Below, piece by piece: positions 1 through 8,722 of a stretch of DNA of 64,000 nucleotides. Numbering within the stretch: the stretch's first letter is position 1; the number at the start of each line of letters is the position of its first letter. The notes under the pieces were generated by a model. That model saw only the letters and a program-made list of their open reading frames with translations, was not told where the DNA came from and searched no databases. The DNA comes from Clostridia bacterium (GTDB taxonomy: Bacteria; Bacillota; Clostridia; UMGS1883), in contig JAZNSQ010000014.1 of assembly GCA_045591265.1 (NCBI GenBank), positions 1,310-65,309 on the forward strand. Direction: 5' to 3'. The position numbers and the translations under genes are program-made.

Positions 1-168
1 ACTCGTCAAAAATGGTGTAAAAACCTGAACCATGCGCGTATGCCAATTCCGCCATATCCGCATATTAAATTGTAAATTACACGCTTCCTCTGCCACAGGT
101 GCATTAAAATATTAAAGCAGATAGAATTTTACCATAGCAAAGGGTAAAAGTCAATATCTGCTTTTTTA

Positions 169-939
169 TTATTCTTCTGATTCATAGATATTTTGCACGT
201 TGTTATCCTTTAAAACACTGTCCCATTCTTCTCCAAGCTTTTTATCAGTAACAAAGTAGTCTATATCCTCCATCGTGGCAAGCTTTGTAAATCCTATGCG
301 CCCGACTTTTGACGTTTCGCACACATAGATTTTCTGCTGGGAGTTTTCAAGCATACATTTTTTAATTGCACATTCCTGCTCGTTACTATCTAAGATTCCT
401 GCCTCACGCGTTATACCACGACTGCTAAAAAACATCTTGTTCGCAAAATAATTTTTGCGGATGCTTTTTTCAGCGAGGCTTCCTACAAACGAGTGGTTTA
501 CGCTTACTAAGCCACCTGTGCCGATTATCTTAATTCCCTCGCAGGCGTGAAGCTCCTCCATAACCTGTATGGAGTTTGTTACTATCGTAATATTTTGCAT
601 ATTTTTAAGCTCTTGTGCTATAAAATACGTGGTTGTAGAAGCATCGAGAAAGATTGTGTCACCCGATACTATGAGTCCCGCCGCAACACGCGCCGCCTTG
701 CGCTTTTCTTCTACATAAAGCTTTTTTCTTTTCTCAATTGAGGGTTCATGCTTATTATCATCAATCGGAACTGCACCGCCGTGAGTTCTAAGTAGCTTTT
801 CCTGTTTTTCAAGCTTCTCAAGGTCACGCCTTACAGTTTCCTCTGCAACGTGGAATTCTTCACTTAATTTGCCGACTGACACTGCGCCTGTCATTTTAAG
901 TATTTCAAGAATTCTTTGCTGCCTTTCAATAGCAAACAT
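169..939 (-). CDS. DeoR-family transcriptional regulator (HTH + sugar-phosphate binding domain); last gene of the BMC operon.
   Basis: The N-terminal sequence 'QRILEILKMTGAVSVGKLSEEFHVAEETVRRDLEKL' is a DeoR-type HTH, followed by a DeoR C-terminal sensor domain. It lies 18 nt downstream of pduL on the same strand. Confidence 0.85.
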   Translation of the reverse strand: MFAIERQQRILEILKMTGAVSVGKLSEEFHVAEETVRRDLEKLEKQEKLLRTHGGAVPIDDNKHEPSIEKRKKLYVEEKRKAARVAAGLIVSGDTIFLDASTTTYFIAQELKNMQNITIVTNSIQVMEELHACEGIKIIGTGGLVSVNHSFVGSLAEKSIRKNYFANKMFFSSRGITREAGILDSNEQECAIKKCMLENSQQKIYVCETSKVGRIGFTKLATMEDIDYFVTDKKLGEEWDSVLKDNNVQNIYESEE

Positions 940-957
940 AATCCGTCCACCTATTCT

Positions 958-1590
958 TTATTTTTTTATAAGGGTTACCATATCTCCGTTTTTAAGGCCT
1001 GCACTGTTGGCATCATCTGTATCTATATGCATCTCAACATTAAAGTCATCACGAACACGGATTTGCACATCATAAAACTGTGTTGTTTTTTCTTTTCCGT
1101 GGCAAAGTACATCTACTAAATCGTTATCCTTAATTTTGTGCTTTTCGGCAAATTCAGGTGTTAAGTGAATGTGGCGGTTTGCAATAATTACGCCCTCTTT
1201 AAGATAAACACTGCCCTTAGGGCCAACGATTACTATTCTTTCACTGCCCTCGATTTCTCCCGAAGGTCTTACAGGGGGGCTTACTTTTAGTACAAACGTA
1301 TCTGTACGTGAAATTTCTACCTGTGTGTTTTTACGCACGGGGCCAAGAACCCTCACCTTTTCAATCGCACGAAGTGACGGTCCAACGAGTGTTACAAGCT
1401 CTTCAGACGCGTATTCTCTGCCCATAAGTGTTTTCTTTTTCGTAAGCTCATACCCTTTTCCAAAAAGAATATCCAGATGCTCTCTTGAAAGATGCACGTG
1501 ACGGGCAGACACACCTATTTTAACTTCATCCTGATTTACATATTCAGATGAAATCTTTTTAACTATTCCTTCAATTTCATTTATATTCAT
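958..1590 (-). CDS. pduL: Phosphate propanoyltransferase, PduL-type phosphotransacylase.
   Basis: The protein is ~210 aa with two repeated PduL half-domains ('GVSARHVHLS' ... 'IIANRHIHLT'). The N-terminus carries an amphipathic encapsulation-peptide-like helix, 'EIEGIVKKISSEY'. Confidence 0.85.
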   Translation of the reverse strand: MNINEIEGIVKKISSEYVNQDEVKIGVSARHVHLSREHLDILFGKGYELTKKKTLMGREYASEELVTLVGPSLRAIEKVRVLGPVRKNTQVEISRTDTFVLKVSPPVRPSGEIEGSERIVIVGPKGSVYLKEGVIIANRHIHLTPEFAEKHKIKDNDLVDVLCHGKEKTTQFYDVQIRVRDDFNVEMHIDTDDANSAGLKNGDMVTLIKK

Positions 1591-1619
1591 AACTATCCTC
1601 CAGATTTAAGGATTAAGGC

Positions 1620-1892
1620 TTAAGCATCAAGGTCAAAATATTTCATAATTTCCTCGTGCGGATTTGCAATTACCTCGCAGCCAAAGATTTCACCAAGCTT
1701 TTGTGCCTCCGCACAACCTGCTTCAACTGCCGCCTTTACCGCAGACACGTGTCCTAAAATGATGAAGGTAACGAGTCTTCCGCCGAGGCGTTTTTCTGTA
1801 TGAATTACTCTTACATTAGCTGCTTTAAGCATTGCATCAAGGCCAGAAATAGATGCGACTAAGCCCTGAACCTCAAGAATTCCTATACTCAT
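1620..1892 (-). CDS. BMC shell protein, BMC-H (PduA/EutM family).
   Basis: A 90-aa single BMC domain: 'GILEVQGLVASISGLDAMLKAANV...AVKAAVEAG'. Its start overlaps the upstream gene's stop as ATGA. Confidence 0.85.
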   Translation of the reverse strand: MSIGILEVQGLVASISGLDAMLKAANVRVIHTEKRLGGRLVTFIILGHVSAVKAAVEAGCAEAQKLGEIFGCEVIANPHEEIMKYFDLDA

Positions 1893-2224
1893 TTTTTCAC
1901 CATCTTTTTATTATATTTGTCGCGGTTTATATCGATAAGATATGCCATTTTCTCCGTCTGCTTGTCAGGACGGGGAATAATGTGAGAGGTTATGTATTTT
2001 CCTTTCTCCTCGGCATATTTCTTACCTACCTGTATCGCTTCTTCAACTGCTGCAGTTTCGCCCTCAATTTTAACTTCCATTACCAAGGGAGCCGGAACAT
2101 CGGGACTAATAGGACGGTTTCTGTCAAAAGCAATAACCTTTATATCAGCTGCCTTTGCCATTGTATCCGCCACACATAATGCAGTTGTAAAGCTGTAAAC
2201 TTCAATCATTCCAAGTGCCTTCAT
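1889..2224 (-). CDS. BMC shell protein, BMC-H with a ~25-aa C-terminal extension.
   Basis: The domain reads 'MKALGMIEVYSFTTALCVADTMAKAADIKV...HIIPRP'. The start was moved to the internal ATG at 2224, which is preceded by the RBS AAAGGAAG; the ORF-track start at 2245 is a TTG with no SD. Confidence 0.75.
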   Translation of the reverse strand: MKALGMIEVYSFTTALCVADTMAKAADIKVIAFDRNRPISPDVPAPLVMEVKIEGETAAVEEAIQVGKKYAEEKGKYITSHIIPRPDKQTEKMAYLIDINRDKYNKKMVKK

Positions 2225-2247
2225 CAATTTTCTTCCTTTCGGCAATT

Positions 2248-3636
2248 TTAAACAATATGGAACCCGTCAACCATTACACATCTTCTTGCACGTGTAAATG
2301 AATGTGCAGCAGTTAAGCCTTCACCTGTAGGGCCTGCAATAGTAAAGGTTGTATAACCCTCACCGCCTGCACCGATACCTGCATAAGAAGGCGCATTCTT
2401 AACAAAAATTGTTGTTTCAACTGCGCGTGCAAAGTTTGTAAGATTATCTACATTCTTTGAATGAATATGTGCACTGTGACGGCGACCATTTTCTGCCTTA
2501 ACTGCATAGTCGATAGCCATATTGATATCGTTTACGCGCACAATGGGAAGTATGGGCATCAAAAGTTCTTCCTGAACAAAAGGATGCTCAAAGTTTGTTT
2601 CGCATATGATAAGGCGCGGATCTGCGTCAATTCCTATCATCTTAAGGATTTTTCCTGCATCACGGCCAACAAGCTTTCTGTTAATTACTTTCTTGCCATC
2701 TTTTTCAACAAGTGCAAGCTTATTAAGTTTTTCAATATCTGCACCTTTAATAAGGTAAGCACCGTTTTCAAGCATACTTGAAATAAGCGCATCTGCAACA
2801 GAAGAAACAACAAAGCATTCCTTTTCTGCAATACAAGGAAGGTTATTATCAAAGCTTGCGCCAAGTACGATATCTCTTCCTGCCTTCTTTACATCTGCTG
2901 TTTCGTCAACTATTACAGGGGGGTTACCAGCGCCTGCGCCGATAGCTTTCTTTCCTGAAGAAAGGAGCATTTTAACAACGCCGGGGCCACCGGTAGCAAC
3001 AAGCATCTTAACTGAAGGTGACTTAACCATAATATCTGATGTTTCAAGAGTCGGATTTTTAACTGTTACTACAAGGTTTTCGGGACCGCCTGCCTCGAGT
3101 ATTGCACGGTTTACCATATCTACCGCTGCGCTGGATGTTCTCTTTGCACCGGGATGGGGGTTAAATACAACCGCATTTCCGCCTGCAATCATACCCATTG
3201 AGTTACAGATAACTGTTTCACTGGGGTTTGTTGAAGGTGTAATACTTCCGATTATTCCGTAGGGCGCCATTTCAACGAGAGTAAGCCCTCTGTCACCAGT
3301 CCACACGCTTGCAGTCAAATCCTCTGTACCGGGCGTTTTTTCTGCAACGAGCTGGTGCTTGATGATTTTATCTTCAACTCTGCCCATACCCGTTTCCTCA
3401 ACACCAATTTTTGCAAAGAATTCTGCATTTTCAAGTGTGTACTTACGGATTTTTTCTATCATTTTTTCGCGCTGCTCTACTGTATATGAGCGGAACTGCT
3501 TATATGCTTTTTCGGCAGCACTGATAGCTTCATTCATATCATCAAATACGCCAAGAAGCTTTCTTTCGGGGCCTTTTGATTGCATTTCGTTTATAACATT
3601 TTCAACTATTTGGGTAATGTACTTTTCATCTATCAT
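2248..3636 (-). CDS. CoA-acylating aldehyde dehydrogenase (PduP/EutE family) with an N-terminal encapsulation peptide.
   Basis: The protein has an ALDH fold and the catalytic Cys loop 'DNNLPCIAEKE'. Its N-terminal amphipathic helix is 'EKYITQIVENVINEMQSKG'. The start was set to the ATG at 3636 (RBS AGAGGTG, 5-nt spacer), because the ORF-track start at 3666 is a GTG inside the upstream gene. Confidence 0.85.
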   Translation of the reverse strand: MIDEKYITQIVENVINEMQSKGPERKLLGVFDDMNEAISAAEKAYKQFRSYTVEQREKMIEKIRKYTLENAEFFAKIGVEETGMGRVEDKIIKHQLVAEKTPGTEDLTASVWTGDRGLTLVEMAPYGIIGSITPSTNPSETVICNSMGMIAGGNAVVFNPHPGAKRTSSAAVDMVNRAILEAGGPENLVVTVKNPTLETSDIMVKSPSVKMLVATGGPGVVKMLLSSGKKAIGAGAGNPPVIVDETADVKKAGRDIVLGASFDNNLPCIAEKECFVVSSVADALISSMLENGAYLIKGADIEKLNKLALVEKDGKKVINRKLVGRDAGKILKMIGIDADPRLIICETNFEHPFVQEELLMPILPIVRVNDINMAIDYAVKAENGRRHSAHIHSKNVDNLTNFARAVETTIFVKNAPSYAGIGAGGEGYTTFTIAGPTGEGLTAAHSFTRARRCVMVDGFHIV

Positions 3637-3647
3637 AATAGCACCTC

Positions 3648-4196
3648 TTATAAAATATTCTTCCACAAATCTTTAGACGGCCTCGGGATAATTGCACTGT
3701 CAAGATACATTCCCGAATCGGCACATTCATTTTTTGCTCTTTCTATAGCTGCGGTTACCGCCGCAACCTCACCTGTGATAAGCACGTATGATTTTCCGCA
3801 CATACCACGTGCGAGGCGGATTTCAATAAGCTTAACCATAGATGTTTTAACCGCATTATCTGCCGCAACAACTGCCGCTGCTGCACTGTACGTTTCGAAT
3901 ACGCCAAGCGCCTCAACCTCACTTACTTCTGTCGCGCCGCAGATTGCGGGAAGCACATCTTCGTGAGGGCTTCCGAGAATGAAGCTGTCTATAAGCTTTT
4001 TGGGAAATTGAGTCTTGCACCCTTCAATAGCAGCCTTTACTGCCGCTATATTTCCCGAGAATGTTACCAGATACTTTCCGGGACAAACCGTGCTTGCCTC
4101 AATTATCTCCACATTAGCCGTTTTAACGATTAAATCTGCAGCTTGCATACCTGTTGAGACGGTTGTATATTCTACCATACCTATTGCTTTATTCAT
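3648..4196 (-). CDS. Tandem-domain BMC shell protein, BMC-T (PduT-like).
   Basis: Two BMC domains are present: 'MNKAIGMVEYTTVSTGMQAADLIVKTANV' and 'LGVFETYSAAAAVVAADNAVKTS'. The total is ~182 aa, like PduT. The start was chosen at M11, which fits the canonical 'M..AIG.VE' N-terminus. Confidence 0.8.
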   Translation of the reverse strand: MNKAIGMVEYTTVSTGMQAADLIVKTANVEIIEASTVCPGKYLVTFSGNIAAVKAAIEGCKTQFPKKLIDSFILGSPHEDVLPAICGATEVSEVEALGVFETYSAAAAVVAADNAVKTSMVKLIEIRLARGMCGKSYVLITGEVAAVTAAIERAKNECADSGMYLDSAIIPRPSKDLWKNIL

Positions 4197-4203
4197 TTGG
4201 GTA

Positions 4204-5538
4204 TCAATTCCTTTCTGCAGATTCAATTATTATACTTGAATCACTTATTTTCTTTACAACCCCGTCAATCGGGCTGTGAATGGGAAGGCCGAGTGAAGCT
4301 TCAGGGGCTTCTACCAATGTATCATACATATTTACATATTCGCCCTCTTTAACAATAACTTTTCCTAAAGCACCGATATTCTGGCGGAGTGATATGTATA
4401 ATCTCTTTACCTTAATTTCTTCATCACTAAGGGGTGAAGGATTATTATATTTTTCAAGGTCAAGCTTTTGCCTGAGCCTTGCTGTAGTCAATCTTCTAAG
4501 ATCTCTCTCCGGCTTTGGAGTAGCAGGGAGCTTTTCAAGTCGTTTTAAGCCGTTTTTCTGAATTGTCTCTTTTGCAAAGCCAATAAGTGTTCTTGGGTTA
4601 AGTCCCTGCTTACAAGAAACCATTTCACATATTCCACACTGCGAGCAGTACTGAGTGTTTAAAAACGCCTGTGTGTCTGTCGGGTCATCATTTTTTACGC
4701 CGTTCATAAATCTGTGAGGCTCGATAGGATACCCCAAAAGGTAACGGGGGCACATATCGGTACACATTCTGCAATGGCAACATGCCGACATTGTTCTTCT
4801 TTTTAATATATTAACATTCTGGCGGCGCTTCACTACTACCTCGTTATCCTCGGGAAGTGCAAGCACGCCATTTGTTGTTTTCGTAACTGTTTCGTCAGGA
4901 GTCGCAATTTTTCCTGTCATCGGACCGCCTGAAATAAGGACTGTGTTTTCTTCTGTTGTACCGCCTGCTTTTTCAACAAGATAAGAAAGCGGAGTTCCAA
5001 TCGGAACGCAAAATGTCTGCGGATTTTTAACTGCACCGCCGACAGTAACATATTTGTTTACAACTTTTTTTCCGTTTAATGCGTGATAGATATTTAAAAC
5101 CGTTTCAACGTTGAAAACTATTACCCCAACGTCAATGGGAAGTCCGCCTGCGGGAACGGTTTTTCCTGTCGTATCATATATAAGTATAATTTCGTCACCT
5201 GCAGGGTATACTTCATACAGGTACTTTACGTGGCCGTTTTTATAGGCCTTGATATCTCTTTCAACTGCTTCTGACGTTGACTGATATCCCTTTTTAATGC
5301 CGATGTAAAAGTCATCAGCCTCAAGGCACTCACGAATAATTTCCAAAGTGCTTATGATTTCGAAAGAATAACGGCGCAGAAGTTGACGGTGGAGTCTAAA
5401 GAGAGGCTCACACTCAGCACAGTTAAGGATAATTGTGCTTGCTTTTTTACTTAACTTCGCGTAGCTTGGAAATCCGGCACCGCCGGCGCCTGCGACTCCG
5501 CACTCTTTTATTAAGTTTTTAAGCTCGTCAAACTTCAT
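4204..5538 (-). CDS. PduS-like / RnfC-family flavoprotein with two 4Fe-4S motifs (cobalamin reductase-like BMC electron-transfer protein).
   Basis: The nucleotide-binding motif 'GVAGAGGAGFPSYAKL' is present. Two CxxCxxCxxxCP-like clusters follow: 'CCHCRMCTDMCP' and 'CSQCGICEMVSC'. The length of 444 aa matches PduS. Confidence 0.8.
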   Translation of the reverse strand: MKFDELKNLIKECGVAGAGGAGFPSYAKLSKKASTIILNCAECEPLFRLHRQLLRRYSFEIISTLEIIRECLEADDFYIGIKKGYQSTSEAVERDIKAYKNGHVKYLYEVYPAGDEIILIYDTTGKTVPAGGLPIDVGVIVFNVETVLNIYHALNGKKVVNKYVTVGGAVKNPQTFCVPIGTPLSYLVEKAGGTTEENTVLISGGPMTGKIATPDETVTKTTNGVLALPEDNEVVVKRRQNVNILKRRTMSACCHCRMCTDMCPRYLLGYPIEPHRFMNGVKNDDPTDTQAFLNTQYCSQCGICEMVSCKQGLNPRTLIGFAKETIQKNGLKRLEKLPATPKPERDLRRLTTARLRQKLDLEKYNNPSPLSDEEIKVKRLYISLRQNIGALGKVIVKEGEYVNMYDTLVEAPEASLGLPIHSPIDGVVKKISDSSIIIESAERN

Positions 5539-5561
5539 AGCCGTTTCCTTTCTAAATTCTC

Positions 5562-5837
5562 TTAGATTGACGAAACATCGTCAATAATTCCTACGATAGC
5601 CGCGTCAATAGGAGCATCAATATGAGTACATTCCTCTTTCACTCCAACGCGTGCTGCACTGCCTGTAGCAACCAAAACCGCTTCGCCCATACCTGCGCCG
5701 ACATTGTCGACTGCGATAAAGCGCTTTGTTTCGCTTGCAAATTTAGGAAATGTTTCTACAATCAAAAATTTGTTTCCCACAAGGGATTCACACTTCCGAG
5801 TCGAAACAACGCTTCCGACCACTTTAGCAATTAACAT
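5562..5837 (-). CDS. BMC vertex protein, BMC-P (EutN/PduN/CcmL family).
   Basis: The N-terminus 'MLIAKVVGSVVSTRK...' is the typical EutN/CcmL start; the protein is 91 aa. Confidence 0.85.
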   Translation of the reverse strand: MLIAKVVGSVVSTRKCESLVGNKFLIVETFPKFASETKRFIAVDNVGAGMGEAVLVATGSAARVGVKEECTHIDAPIDAAIVGIIDDVSSI

Positions 5838-5851
5838 TAGTAGTCCCCCTA

Positions 5852-6130
5852 TTATTTAAGGATGGGAAGAATTTTTTCAACATCAGAATGAGGACGAGGA
5901 ATAACGTGTACTGCAACGAGTTCACCAAGTCTCTGAGCATTTGAGCTACCTGCTTCAACTGCTGCCTTAACTGCTCCTACGTCACCACGAACCATAACGC
6001 TTACAAGTCCGCTACCGATTTTTTCTGTACCTACAAGTGTTACGTTTGCTGCCTTGAGCATTGAGTCTGCTGCTTCAATTGCTGCAACAAGACCTCTTGT
6101 TTCAACCATACCTAAAGCTTCCTGTGTCAT
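5852..6130 (-). CDS. BMC shell protein, BMC-H (PduA/EutM-like); the ORF track gives an alternative TTG start at 6238 that would add a 36-aa K/T/A-rich N-terminal extension.
   Basis: The domain reads '[30 protein letters not shown]...HVIPRP'. The internal ATG at 6130 is preceded by a strong RBS, AAGGAGG with an 8-nt spacer. Confidence 0.8.
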   Translation of the reverse strand: MTQEALGMVETRGLVAAIEAADSMLKAANVTLVGTEKIGSGLVSVMVRGDVGAVKAAVEAGSSNAQRLGELVAVHVIPRPHSDVEKILPILK

Positions 6131-6248
6131 TTTGACAACCTCCTTAATTTTTGGTGTTTGTGTTGCAGGCTTTTCTGCAACTTCGCTTACTTTTTTTGTA
6201 GTAGCCTTTGTGTTTTTTGTCTCTGCCATTTCAATCAACTCACTTTAC

Positions 6249-6524
6249 TTAGATTGTTGGAAGAATTTTTTCAACGTCATTGTGAGGACGAGGAATAACG
6301 TGTACTGCAACGATTTCGCCAAGTCTCTGAGCTGTAGCATTACCTGCTTCAACTGCTGCCTTAACTGCTCCTACGTCACCACGAACCATAACACTTACAA
6401 GTCCGCTACCGATTTTTTCTGTACCGATAAGTGTTACCTCTGCTGCCTTAACCATAGCATCTGCAGCCTCGATTGCTGCAACAAGACCTCTTGTTTCGAT
6501 CATACCTAAAGCTTCCTGTGACAT
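6249..6524 (-). CDS. BMC shell protein, BMC-H (PduA/EutM-like).
   Basis: The sequence '[30 protein letters not shown]...HVIPRP' is a near-paralog of the adjacent BMC-H. Confidence 0.9.
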   Translation of the reverse strand: MSQEALGMIETRGLVAAIEAADAMVKAAEVTLIGTEKIGSGLVSVMVRGDVGAVKAAVEAGNATAQRLGEIVAVHVIPRPHNDVEKILPTI

Positions 6525-6566
6525 TTTTTGTTACCTCCTAAAAAATATGTTAATTTAATTAAATTC

Positions 6567-7775
6567 TTATTTATTTATGATGGCTACCTTTAAGCCCTTC
6601 ATAGCAAGATTTGTTTCGTGTGCTTCATTGATTTCTTCAAGTGAATAGCGGTGAGTAATAAGCTTTGAAAGAGGAAGGCCGATACCCTTTGCTCTCTTAA
6701 GGAAATCAAATGTTGTTGCATAATCACGAAGTGTATAAACCCAAGAACCAACGGTTGTGATTTCTTTTGAACAGATATCAAAATGGGGGTTGATTGTAGC
6801 ATCTCCGCCATTGATGAAGAATCCAAGTTCGCAAAGACCGCCACCGTTACGGATGAATTTATAGATGTTTGCATGTGCAACGGGTGAACCTGTGCACTGG
6901 AATGCAAAGTCTGCAAAGTAACCGCCGAATGCATCCTTTACTGCGCCGGACAGGGCTTCAATGCCTTTATGGTTCATAAAGTTTACACTCTTTGTTGCAC
7001 CCATTTCCTTTGCAAATTCAAGACGCTGATCCTGACCGTCTACTGCAACAATGTTTTCAATACCCATTGTACGAAGAATTGCGATACATATAAGTCCGAT
7101 AGGACCGCAACCCTGAACAACAACACGGCTGTTGAATTTAAGAATGCCTGTTGTTTTTGCACGTTCAACGGCGTGAATAAGTACTGCGCAAGGCTCAATA
7201 AGTATTCTTGAATCAAGGTCAAGGTCACTTACGTTAAAGATTGTAGAGCCTTTTCTTACTACTATATAGTCTGCAAACCATCCGTTAAGATGAACGTCAT
7301 CATCGGGGATAAGTCCGTAAACATCAGCACCGCCAACGTTTTGCTTATTAAGGTCAAACATTGTGATATCAGGATTATCCTTAAATATCATACATGTAAC
7401 AACCTTATCTCCTACGCGAAGGTCTTTTCCTGCGCTGTCCTTTTTAACGTTCTTACCAACCTTAACAACTTCGCCCGTACCCTCATGGCCGAGAACAACA
7501 GGGATAAGTCCAAACGGGTCACGCTTAAATTCGTGAGCATCTGTTCCGCAAACGCCGCAGCCTTCAACCTTTACCAGGATATCGTCATCCCCAAGCTCGG
7601 GAATCGGAAATTCCTTTATGTCGTAATGCTCAAGCTTTGTAAGCATTGCAACACGTGAGGTCTTCGGAATAGGACCTGCACTCTTCTGGGGAGCAGAGCC
7701 GGCAGCGTTCATTTCATTCAGAACCTGACTTACAATCTGTTGAATTTTTTCTGAATTAATGTCCATTCCTTTCAT
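6567..7775 (-). CDS. Zn-dependent medium-chain alcohol dehydrogenase (MDR family) with a ~45-aa N-terminal encapsulation-peptide extension.
   Basis: The catalytic-Zn motifs 'GCGVCGTDAHE' and 'GHEGTGEV' and a Rossmann 'GCGPIG' are present. The N-terminal helix 'EKIQQIVSQVLNEM' closely resembles the aldehyde dehydrogenase encapsulation peptide. The start is ambiguous between M1 and M4. Confidence 0.8.
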   Translation of the reverse strand: MKGMDINSEKIQQIVSQVLNEMNAAGSAPQKSAGPIPKTSRVAMLTKLEHYDIKEFPIPELGDDDILVKVEGCGVCGTDAHEFKRDPFGLIPVVLGHEGTGEVVKVGKNVKKDSAGKDLRVGDKVVTCMIFKDNPDITMFDLNKQNVGGADVYGLIPDDDVHLNGWFADYIVVRKGSTIFNVSDLDLDSRILIEPCAVLIHAVERAKTTGILKFNSRVVVQGCGPIGLICIAILRTMGIENIVAVDGQDQRLEFAKEMGATKSVNFMNHKGIEALSGAVKDAFGGYFADFAFQCTGSPVAHANIYKFIRNGGGLCELGFFINGGDATINPHFDICSKEITTVGSWVYTLRDYATTFDFLKRAKGIGLPLSKLITHRYSLEEINEAHETNLAMKGLKVAIINK

Positions 7776-7799
7776 TCCTTTCTAAAATATATGGAAATT

Positions 7800-8609
7800 T
7801 TATTTATTTATTGCTTCAAGAACCTTCTTTGTAATTTCAGCAACGATTTCGTTGTTACTTCCTGCTGAAGCACCACCGTGTGCTATAGAGCATGAACCGC
7901 AGTTATGGCAGCTCTTCTTACCATCTCTGTTGTTTACACAGATGTTTGCCGGATGCTTACCCTTAAGGCCCATCTTGCGGCGGATTTCATAGAGCTGTTC
8001 AATCTGCTCATCTGTAAATTCCTTCGGTCCGCCAAGCTGCTTTGAATTGTAAAGAAGCTGTGCGTAAAATTCAAGTGATTCCATTTTGTAGTAAGCATTA
8101 AGAAGTGAATCACTATATGAAAGTGCACCGTGGTTTGCAAGTAAAACTGCATCAAAGTAAGGAAGATACTTTTCTACTGCATCGGGAATTTCGTTTGTTG
8201 AAGGTGTACCATACTCTGCAATCGGAACGCAACCAAGAGCAATTACAGCTTCAGGCATTATAGGCTGTGTAAGCGGGATGCCTGCAATTGCAAAGCTTGT
8301 TGCATAAATAGGATGAGCGTGAACTACTGCATTTACATCAGGACGCTCCTGATAAACTCTCATATGCATTTTGATTTCACTTGAGGGTTTGTACTTCGCA
8401 TTTGTCTCAATGGGATTACCATTTTTGTCAACCTTACAGATAAACTCGGGAGTCATAAAGCCCTTACTTACACCTGTGGGGGTGCAAAGGAATTCATTGT
8501 CAGAAATTTTAACTGAGATGTTACCGTCATTTGCAGCAACCATTCCTCTGTCATAAATTCTTCTTCCGATTTCGCAAATCTGTTTTTTGATTTCGTACTC
8601 GTTTACCAT
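7800..8609 (-). CDS. Class II aldolase (L-fuculose/rhamnulose-phosphate aldolase family) with a C-terminal extension holding a Cys-rich motif and a putative encapsulation peptide.
   Basis: The class II aldolase/adducin fold carries the metal-binding His residues 'HAHP...' and '...NHG'. The C-terminal ~70 aa contain 'CHNCGSCSIAHGG' and then the amphipathic 'EIVAEITKKVLEAINK'. Confidence 0.85.
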   Translation of the reverse strand: MVNEYEIKKQICEIGRRIYDRGMVAANDGNISVKISDNEFLCTPTGVSKGFMTPEFICKVDKNGNPIETNAKYKPSSEIKMHMRVYQERPDVNAVVHAHPIYATSFAIAGIPLTQPIMPEAVIALGCVPIAEYGTPSTNEIPDAVEKYLPYFDAVLLANHGALSYSDSLLNAYYKMESLEFYAQLLYNSKQLGGPKEFTDEQIEQLYEIRRKMGLKGKHPANICVNNRDGKKSCHNCGSCSIAHGGASAGSNNEIVAEITKKVLEAINK

Positions 8610-8659
8610 ATCAAAACTTCCTTTCTTTAAAAGAAATAAATATAAACTTCTATAATTAT

Positions 8660-8688
8660 ATTTTACATCTAAAACCTATAAAAGTCAA
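8660..8688 (-). promoter_or_regulatory. Putative internal promoter ahead of the aldolase-adh-shell genes (-35 TTGACT, 17-nt spacer, -10 TAAAAT).
   Basis: It lies in the 111-bp pduV-aldolase gap and is followed by the RBS AAAGGAAG. Confidence 0.4.
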
Positions 8689-8692
8689 TAGA

Positions 8693-8722
8693 TTTTTGTG
8701 GTTTTTTGTGGTTTTTTGTGTT
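8693..8722. repeat. 3x tandem 10-bp A-tract repeat (CCACAAAAAA on the minus strand) immediately upstream of the internal promoter.
   Basis: The plus strand reads 'tttttgtggttttttgtggttttttgtg'. The 10-bp phasing suggests an UP-element or DNA-bending site. Confidence 0.6.

Noticed and set aside
1-168. A possible 3' end of a plus-strand gene (frame 1, stop at 73-75) and the hairpin at 111-166.
   Set aside because: Only 24 codons of it lie in the window and they cannot be identified. The hairpin followed by TTTTTT is plausibly a convergent terminator but is not worth a feature call.
8693-8722. Tandem repeats considered as a possible CRISPR array.
   Set aside because: There are only three 10-bp units with no spacers and no cas genes. 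This is an A-tract repeat, not a CRISPR.
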